48,706 nucleotides of DNA from an uncultured Candidatus Saccharibacteria bacterium. Its GTDB lineage: Bacteria; Patescibacteriota; Minisyncoccia; Phycocordibacterales; UBA6065. The notes under the pieces are model-generated. The model was not told where the DNA came from and did not search any database. It was given only the letters and a program-made list of their open reading frames with translations. Positions within the stretch are counted from its first letter, which is position 1. Each line of letters starts with the position of its first letter. The translations under genes and the position numbers were made by a program. The stretch lies in the NCBI GenBank assembly GCA_964368565.1, contig CAYJAC010000004.1, forward strand, positions 1-48,706, written 5' to 3'. Shown here piece after piece: positions 41,970 through 48,706 of this stretch.

Positions 41970-42350
41970 GTGTTTACTCTACCTGCAAACGTCCGGAAAT
42001 GATAGTCATACCAGATAAACGGTCTCTCCGGCCTCCTGTAGGTAGTAGGTAGGAAGCATGACGAACAGCAGGGCGGAGGGGCTTTATCAATACTACTAGT
42101 CTTTTTTAAACATTACTAAACATTGATAGGTATATTTCGAATCTAAGCCATTTAGTGGGACGACAGTTCGATCGCGGTATCTAGCATGTAGGAGACTATT
42201 TTTAGGTAACAGGGTCAATCCGACTGATTTGCTGTCTTAGGTGACCTTTGATGGTTAAGGAGAGAAGGTTCCAAACTTGGTCGAACGCAAGATAAAGAAA
42301 AGTTAAAAAGGGGCTTGTCCACAGGGCTATTGCTGACGATAAAAACTATA

Positions 42351-45300
42351 ATGTCTGTAATGAGCCAGGATCTTCATTTTGAAGGAAAAAAATACATCTC
42401 GTCTAGGCGAGCTGCGGAAACCTGTGGCTATACTCAAGACTATATCGGCCAGCTGATCCGCGGGAAGAAAATTGACGCCCGTATGGTGGGACGTAGCTGG
42501 TTTGTGTCAGAAGAGTCCATACTTGGCTACAAAAAAATCCTCGATAATGCCCCTGTTTCTCCGGCAGCGGCAGTGACCCGTTTCCAGCCTAAGGCAGAGT
42601 CTGATTTAAAGTATAGTCCTGACGCTCGACCGAGCCTTCCTGAGCTATCAAAGGAGAAAGTACCGGTATCTACCTACTCTGAGCCACAGGTCCTGCAGCC
42701 CAGCCCACGTCTCTCTGTACGATCAAATAGGGTAAAGGCACCTAGTATTCAAGGTCTATCGAGCCTGAGTAAGAAAGTACTGGCTGGAGTTTTTTCGCTT
42801 TCTATTATTACTGGTAGTTTCTGGATGAGCGAAGTCGACAATGCTCGATCAGCCCTTACTGCAGTACAGAGTGTGGGTGAAAAAATGCAGGCCATGCTTT
42901 CAGATTCGAACGACGGATTGGCTGCTGTCGCCGCACCATCACTAGAGATTGATCAAGAACCTTCACGAGGATTTTTTGCGTCAGCTGCAGTAGGTGTCTA
43001 TGAGACGTTCCATTCTTTCTTTGTTAAGACTGCCGACTCTATTGCATCTCTCTTTGTTGATGAACCGACCCATATCACCGAGGTGGCAATCATTACTCCA
43101 GAGCCCGCACCTGTTTTAGTTCAAGATGTTTCGAAAGCAAATACATCTGAACAAACGATTGTTGTTAGGGAAGTAGTGCAGGATGCTGGCGATTCTGCGC
43201 CGACGACTGTAAACAACTACTATGAGACAGCTGTTGCACAGGGTGCAAGTGAGGCAGAGCTTGCGGCGCTACAATCCCAGATAAACACTCTGCGAAGTGC
43301 TTCCACTATTAATATACAGAATGTTCGTAACACTCGTGAGTCGAGCGGGACAAGGGACATAACTGGCTCTGACATAACCGAAGCAGATATTACAAGGTCT
43401 ACCATTAGGAGCTCTTCTGTGAGTGCAACAGATCTTTCAGCGTCAGGAAGTTCAAACCTTGCGGGCCTTACTTTCGGAAATGCCACAGGGGGAAGCGCTA
43501 CGACAACAAGCTTCTTCACAGATATATTGAGTGCGGCAATAGGCTCCATAACAGATCTCTTTGCTACAAACGTGAGTATTGTTAATTCAACAACTACGAA
43601 CGCGACTTCAACAAATCTGTATTCTGATTTGGTAACTGTGTCGGGAACAATTAGTCTGCAGAGCGCGACACCGCTCATAACAACTAACAAACTGTATGCA
43701 AATGGTACCGATCTGTATTGGGCGGGAAATGTGATCGGAGGCTCGTCTACGGGAAACTGGACGACAAACGGTACTGATGCGTGGAGAGCGACAGGAAATG
43801 TAGGGGTGGGAACATCATCTCCTTTTGCAAGGCTTTCCGTTACATCTTTTAATGGAGGTTCGGTTCCACTCTTTGCGGTGAGTACATCAACGGGTGCTGG
43901 AGCTACATCAACAGCATTTATTGTTGATGCATACGGCAGTGTCGGAATAAACACTGACAATCCTAATCAACTCGATTTCGGAGGAGGAGTTCTGGCATTT
44001 AAAGGCAGGTCAAATGCAACGACGGGTTCCATAGTAGCTATTGGTAACAATGTCATTGGTACCAATCCAATCGGACGATTCGCTTTCATACAGGAAGCTG
44101 TGGGAGTTCAGACGCATGTTGCATTGGTACAAGCTCTTCGATCTGGTGGAGATGATGGTGCGGATTTAAACTTTATGACAAAGCAGTCTGGTGGATCCCT
44201 CACTGAAAAAATGAGGATAACAAGTGATGGTAAGGTGGGGATCGGAACGTCATCACCTGTGGCACTTTTCACCATTGCGTCTTCGACTGCGAATTCTACC
44301 CATCTGGAAGCTATAAGGATTTCTAATTCAAATCCGAATGGATGGGGCTCATATATGTTCTTTGAAAGACCAGGGGATTCTAGTCGTGGTTTAGCAATCG
44401 GAGAGCAGTATGTACCTCAATCGGGCCTCATTCCTTTTATAAGAACAGCTGGAGCTATTTCGGAAGAGTTGCAAATCGAAACTGCTATCAACAATAGTGG
44501 TGTTAAAGGAAATCTTTATATCGGTTCTCGAAATTTTAGTGCCACTGCTGGCAAGATTGGTGTGGCAACAACCACTCCGTGGGCATCACTTTCTGTTGCT
44601 GGTTTGGCGGGCCAGACAAATCCACTCTTTGTTATTTCTTCGTCGACCGTGTCTTTTTCGACATCCACTGCGTTTATAGTAGATTCAAATGGTAATACAG
44701 GAATCGGCACTACGAGCCCTCTAGCGCGTCTCGACGTGCGTGACTCCGCACAGGTGGTTGCGGCATTTCGTGGAACAAATGCGCATAATACAGTTGTTAT
44801 CGATAATCTAGGAGGAGCTAGTTTTAAGAGCCAGGTATCTTTTCAGGCGCAGGGCACAGAAAAATGGGCGATTGGGAGTGATATAAATGCTGCGGGTTCA
44901 GATAACTTTTATATATGGAATGCGACAGGTGGTCGAACTCCTCTTGCTATCGATGGTACCGCTAATACTATTGTATTGTCGCAGACTGGTTCGTATAAAG
45001 TGGGTGTGGGGACCACTACTCCTTCGCAAACTCTTTCCGTAGCTGGAAATGGATATTTTGCAGGTTCAAATGGAAGTGCAAATGCGTTTGTTGGGCTAAG
45101 GGCACAAAACACTGATTCAAATGGCACTACCCAGATCACGGCAATGAATAATGCGGGTGCGACTGTTTCTTTAGGTGTAGCAGGTTCAACTCAAGGTGGA
45201 GGATTTGCAAATATTGGTCAACTTGGTGCGTCGAACGCCCTGGCCCTCTTTACTAATAGTGCAGAGAGGATTCGTATTGATACATCAGGAAATGTGGGAA

Positions 45301-48300
45301 TTGGTACGACAACTCCGGCAGCCTTTCTTGATCTGTATCAAAATGCGAATTCTGCAACAGAGCTAAGGGTGACAAATGCAAATTCAGGCACTTCTGTGCG
45401 AACTCGACTTGCGTTTTATTCAAATGCGGGTCTCGGTACCGTCAATTCTGCTTTGCTTCAGTTGAACAACCAGACGAATAATCTTGAATTGACAGCTTTG
45501 GGCGGAGGAGGTGTCACGGACAGGCATATTGTTTTTACTCCTGCTGGATCGGGCAATGTTGGGATTGGTACAACAACTCCTGTTAGCAAACTTTCTGTCG
45601 TAACTGCTGGAAGCGCCGTAACAGAAAATGGCCTCAGCATGTATCACGGCCGCGGAAGCATCGGAGACAATGTTCGCCTAGCTTTTTATCCTCGAGGAGG
45701 AACAAGTCAGAACGTGTATGCGGCGATCGACGGTCTTGGTCAAAGCGGTCCAAGCACGGCTTTGTCATTTATCACTTCAGCTATTGCTGGAAGCCCAACA
45801 GAAAAGATGCGCCTTGATGCTAGTGGTAATTTGGGAATTGGTACAACCAGTCCATCTGCAAAACTTGCGGTTCAGGGTTCTGGCACAGGCAGCGTGCTTA
45901 TCGGAGAGTACGGCGGAAGCAATGCGTATGGCGCTATAGGATTGGGAGGATCAATATCAGCGACCGGCTATAACTTTGCGAGCAGCCCTTCTGACTCTAC
46001 GTTGTATGTGAATCGTCCGACGGGAGGCGGAATAAGGTTCCAGGAGAATGGCACGCCTCAGATGACAATTGTTACGGGTGGTAATGTTGGTATAGGTACC
46101 ACAACGCCAGCCAACTTGCTACACATTGGTAGTGGCTCTGGAACAAAGAGTGTTGACCCAGGGGTAAACTTAAACAGAATAATATCAACAGGCACTGGTA
46201 ACGCTCATGGATTTTCAGACTCATCAACAATAAGCAGAAGTGGGGGGATTGGATACAATTCGTTTGACGGAAGATACACCATAAACGGCACAGCAGATTT
46301 TGACCACACTGTACCATTTCAATCAGCTCCAACATATTCGTCATCAGGAACTATAACTAATATCTACGGACTGTTTTCTTCGCCAGCCATAACCGCAGGA
46401 ACAGTAACAAACAACTACGGAGCATGGTTTAACGACCCTCAAAAGTCAGGAGGCACTCTTACAAATAACTATGGAATATATGTCGCCCCACAAACAGCAG
46501 GTACAAACAATTATGCCGCTGCATTAATGGGTAAGGTTGGTATAGGAACTGCTACTCCAGGACAACTTCTTGAAATCACAGGTGCTTCTCCTCGTTTTTA
46601 TATGAACGACTCTGGCACAAGTTATCTCATGATGAAGATGACAAGTAACACAACTCAAACTGGTTATATTGGTCTTGAGGGTTCAGCGGGTGGTGCTGTA
46701 CTTACAGGGTCATCACCTTACGCCCAAGTATTCACGACAGGGGGAGGGGCTAATCCTATTCAATTTGGAACTAACGGCGTTCTCCGCGCAACGATAAGTG
46801 GGACTGGCAACGTCGGCATAGGCATAACTTCGCCTCATGTGCGCCTCCACATCGCAAGCACGACAGTATCCTCGACCGCCGGCAAGGTTTCGGAGTATCT
46901 GCAGATCGGAGGCACTGAGAATGGGCTCAACTCGTATCGTCTCATCGGTTTCGGCTACACGACGGCGACGGATTTAAATTCGCCTGCATATATCGGATAT
47001 CAGGAAACTGCGAACAACGGTGAGACATCCGGAGATTTGGTTTTTGGAACGCGATCCGTACAGACTGATACCGCCCCGAGCGAACGCTTGAGGATCACCT
47101 CTGCAGGCAACCTCGGAATTGGAACGACTACTCCGGGTTTCCTGCTTTCCCTCGCTGGAGCAACAGGAGCAAATCAGGTCGGCATCAATAATACGAGCAC
47201 GACAGTGGTTACGGGAGATGTCGTCGGCAAATTAAGCTGGTATACCTCAGATGCATCGACTATCAATCAGCGCGAAGTATCTTCGATTCTTACCATTGCC
47301 GATAGCGATTATGTTGGAACGGACAACGCTCAAACTTCGATGACATTCTCGACTCATGGCGCGGGCGTAGGTCTCGGGAGCATCGAACGCATGCGAATCA
47401 CAGGCGCGGGCAACGTCGGTATTGGAACGACGACTCCTTCAAGTAAGCTTACGATTTCTGATACTAATCGCGACATGACGAGCTCCTTGGCGAATGTTGA
47501 AATAAATTCCACATCCGCACGAGGAGCTGGAGTTGGCGGTTCGCTTATGTTCGGCGGTCTCTATACTACGAATCAAACCGTAGACAGTTTCGCTGGCCTC
47601 AAAGGCTTCAAAGAAAATGCCACTGATGCCAACACAGCTGGTGCTTTCTCCATTTCTACCCGTGCGGCAGGCGGAGCATTGCTCGAAAAAGTGAGGGTTG
47701 ATAGTACGGGTAATATGGGCATCGGTACGACGACCCCACTCCATATGTTGAGTGTGACTAATCCGTCGGGGGCTGGAACAAATGTCTATGTTGCACAGTT
47801 TGCTTCTGCAGCAGGAGTGAATGTTCCACTTGTAATGTATTCTGATCCAAGTGGTTCTGCTATTGTAAACCAGACAGGAAGTCTCACGGGAGCTGAGTAT
47901 ATTTACATGACCCAGAGCGGTAACATGACATTTAATACCGCTGGCTCGGAATGGATGAGAATTAATTCAACAGGCAATGTTGGAATTGGAACGACGTCTC
48001 CGATGAGCACACTGTCAGTTAACTCTTCGTCAGCTACAGCTGAAGATGTGCTCAATATCAGGAGTGGTGCTGATAATCAAAGTGAATACACAGGTATCAA
48101 GATATGGAACAATGTCGGTCTCAACAGTGTTGCGCTTCGCAATATCCTCGGTGTTGGTGGTGCGAATAGATTTGGGGTATTCGTCAAGGATAACGCAGGT
48201 AACCCAGAGACGGAGAGACTTTCCGTACTATCATCTGGAAACGTCGGTATTGGAACGACGAGCCCAACGGTAAAATTAGAAGTCACAAACACTTCTGGCG

Positions 48301-48706
48301 ACGCTATCATGCGACTCGACAGTGCATCAGGAAGCGGATCAGCAATAAGACTTGCTCGTGCTGGTACAAACAAGTGGGGTATTTTCAACAACCTCGATAC
48401 CACTGATAAGTTCTCAATTTATAATTACACCACCTCTGCGAGCGCGCTCGTCATAGATACTTCAAGCAACGTCGGCATCGGTACAACATCACCTCGAGCA
48501 AAACTTCAAGTAACTGAAGGTGCATCAGGTGCACAGCTTTCGAACAATTACGATACTCTTTTTGTTGAAAATGGTGCAACGGGAGGTATTACTATAGGTA
48601 CACCTAGTTCTGCGTCAGGTATGTTGTCGTTTGCGGATCCCGGCAGCTCGATTGCAGGATATGTAAATTATGATCATACGAATGATGCTATGTCATTTGG
48701 TACTGC
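42351..48706 (+). CDS. Giant surface protein, 3'-truncated by the window (at least 2118 codons): N-terminal excisionase/MerR-like HTH, one TM helix, tail-fibre-like repeats
   Basis: The frame with codons starting at positions divisible by 3 is open from 42351 to the window end, so the ORF is absent from the track. I translated about 42351-44250 by hand without meeting a stop. The track reports no sub-ORFs in this frame. A likely leaderless start is ATG 42360, 7 nt after TATAAT (42347-42352). HTH: YISSRRAAETCGYTQDYIGQLIRGKKIDARMVGRSWFVSEESI. TM: VLAGVFSLSIITGSFWM (about 42777-42830). At least 17 copies of G-N-[VLM]-G-I-G-T-T-x-P-x-x-x-L-x-V lie every 260-300 nt between 43794 and 48500. Confidence 0.9.
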   Translation, partial: MSVMSQDLHFEGKKYISSRRAAETCGYTQDYIGQLIRGKKIDARMVGRSWFVSEESILGYKKILDNAPVSPAAAVTRFQPKAESDLKYSPDARPSLPELSKEKVPVSTYSEPQVLQPSPRLSVRSNRVKAPSIQGLSSLSKKVLAGVFSLSIITGSFWMSEVDNARSALTAVQSVGEKMQAMLSDSNDGLAAVAAPSLEIDQEPSRGFFASAAVGVYETFHSFFVKTADSIASLFVDEPTHITEVAIITPEPAPVLVQDVSKANTSEQTIVVREVVQDAGDSAPTTVNNYYETAVAQGASEAELAALQSQINTLRSASTINIQNVRNTRESSGTRDITGSDITEADITRSTIRSSSVSATDLSASGSSNLAGLTFGNATGGSATTTSFFTDILSAAIGSITDLFATNVSIVNSTTTNATSTNLYSDLVTVSGTISLQSATPLITTNKLYANGTDLYWAGNVIGGSSTGNWTTNGTDAWRATGNVGVGTSSPFARLSVTSFNGGSVPLFAVSTSTGAGATSTAFIVDAYGSVGINTDNPNQLDFGGGVLAFKGRSNATTGSIVAIGNNVIGTNPIGRFAFIQEAVGVQTHVALVQALRSGGDDGADLNFMTKQSGGSLTEKMRITSDGKVGIGTSSPVALFTIASSTANSTHLEAIRISNSNPNGWGSYMFFERPGDSSRGLAIGEQYVPQSGLIPFIRTAGAISEELQIETAINNSGVKGNLYIGSRNFSATAGKIGVATTTPWASLSVAGLAGQTNPLFVISSSTVSFSTSTAFIVDSNGNTGIGTTSPLARLDVRDSAQVVAAFRGTNAHNTVVIDNLGGASFKSQVSFQAQGTEKWAIGSDINAAGSDNFYIWNATGGRTPLAIDGTANTIVLSQTGSYKVGVGTTTPSQTLSVAGNGYFAGSNGSANAFVGLRAQNTDSNGTTQITAMNNAGATVSLGVAGSTQGGGFANIGQLGASNALALFTNSAERIRIDTSGNVGIGTTTPAAFLDLYQNANSATELRVTNANSGTSVRTRLAFYSNAGLGTVNSALLQLNNQTNNLELTALGGGGVTDRHIVFTPAGSGNVGIGTTTPVSKLSVVTAGSAVTENGLSMYHGRGSIGDNVRLAFYPRGGTSQNVYAAIDGLGQSGPSTALSFITSAIAGSPTEKMRLDASGNLGIGTTSPSAKLAVQGSGTGSVLIGEYGGSNAYGAIGLGGSISATGYNFASSPSDSTLYVNRPTGGGIRFQENGTPQMTIVTGGNVGIGTTTPANLLHIGSGSGTKSVDPGVNLNRIISTGTGNAHGFSDSSTISRSGGIGYNSFDGRYTINGTADFDHTVPFQSAPTYSSSGTITNIYGLFSSPAITAGTVTNNYGAWFNDPQKSGGTLTNNYGIYVAPQTAGTNNYAAALMGKVGIGTATPGQLLEITGASPRFYMNDSGTSYLMMKMTSNTTQTGYIGLEGSAGGAVLTGSSPYAQVFTTGGGANPIQFGTNGVLRATISGTGNVGIGITSPHVRLHIASTTVSSTAGKVSEYLQIGGTENGLNSYRLIGFGYTTATDLNSPAYIGYQETANNGETSGDLVFGTRSVQTDTAPSERLRITSAGNLGIGTTTPGFLLSLAGATGANQVGINNTSTTVVTGDVVGKLSWYTSDASTINQREVSSILTIADSDYVGTDNAQTSMTFSTHGAGVGLGSIERMRITGAGNVGIGTTTPSSKLTISDTNRDMTSSLANVEINSTSARGAGVGGSLMFGGLYTTNQTVDSFAGLKGFKENATDANTAGAFSISTRAAGGALLEKVRVDSTGNMGIGTTTPLHMLSVTNPSGAGTNVYVAQFASAAGVNVPLVMYSDPSGSAIVNQTGSLTGAEYIYMTQSGNMTFNTAGSEWMRINSTGNVGIGTTSPMSTLSVNSSSATAEDVLNIRSGADNQSEYTGIKIWNNVGLNSVALRNILGVGGANRFGVFVKDNAGNPETERLSVLSSGNVGIGTTSPTVKLEVTNTSGDAIMRLDSASGSGSAIRLARAGTNKWGIFNNLDTTDKFSIYNYTTSASALVIDTSSNVGIGTTSPRAKLQVTEGASGAQLSNNYDTLFVENGATGGITIGTPSSASGMLSFADPGSSIAGYVNYDHTNDAMSFGT

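Noticed and set aside
42040-42085. GGAAGCA-containing stretch (GTAGGTAGGAAGCATGACG) as possible SRP helix 8.
   Set aside because: The flanking bases cannot form the conserved symmetric loop and GNRA tetraloop. No supporting 5'/3' closing helix was found.
43220-43960. 246-aa minus-strand ORF, plus smaller ones at 44516..44710, 44909..45139, 45420..45647, 46072..46344, 47439..47744 and 48077..48403, and plus-strand off-frame ORFs 44497, 45718 and 48046.
   Set aside because: All lie inside the giant plus-strand ORF. Their translations are low-complexity mirror images (Val/Pro/Ala/Ser-rich) of the Gly/Thr/Asn repeat codons. The sense frame carries a clear periodic protein motif.

Overview
48.7-kb chromosomal window from a compact, moderately AT-rich bacterial genome. 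Gene content and organisation look CPR/Patescibacteria-like, but that is inference only: small housekeeping genes, a short DnaX, almost no Shine-Dalgarno sequences, homing-endonuclease genes and a giant repeat surface protein. I call about 55 protein genes. Housekeeping calls are alr, rpmG, an MsbA-like ABC exporter, rarA, miaA, parB, topA, dprA, serS, an FtsQ-like protein, dus, dnaX, trhO, a UvrD-type helicase-nuclease, a DsbA-like protein, bcp, truB, an RRM protein, typA and tlyA. There is also a two-component pair and several DUF-type membrane proteins. Four tRNA genes are present (Tyr, Trp, Leu, Gln), plus many intrinsic terminators. Several things are missing from the supplied ORF track. 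One is an open-ended giant ORF (42351 to past 48706, at least 2118 codons). Two are sub-60-aa ORFs (rpmG 1999..2154 and a 59-aa membrane peptide 18597..18776). All RNA genes are also absent from it. The most notable observations are these. (1) Four endonuclease-type genes each sit within a few nt of a mature tRNA terminus. Three are paralogs with an HTH plus a LAGLIDADG-like domain, and one is a canonical double-motif LAGLIDADG. Two of the paralogs terminate in-frame exactly 15 nt inside the tRNA. (2) A conserved bipartite promoter-proximal motif (TTTAnn-N5-TTTATC) precedes those genes and a few others. (3) A tRNA-Gln-anchored array of small accessory genes has degenerate copies of the tRNA-Gln 3' half plus its downstream promoter at the junctions. 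(4) -10 boxes lie 6-10 nt upstream of the start codon of at least 24 genes, implying leaderless mRNAs. (5) Mirror-image duplicated promoters drive divergent thiol-redox genes. (6) Three terminator hairpins share one conserved 19-nt apical core. (7) The giant protein has an N-terminal HTH, one TM helix and tail-fibre-like repeats. All functional calls come from motif recognition by eye; no database search was run.
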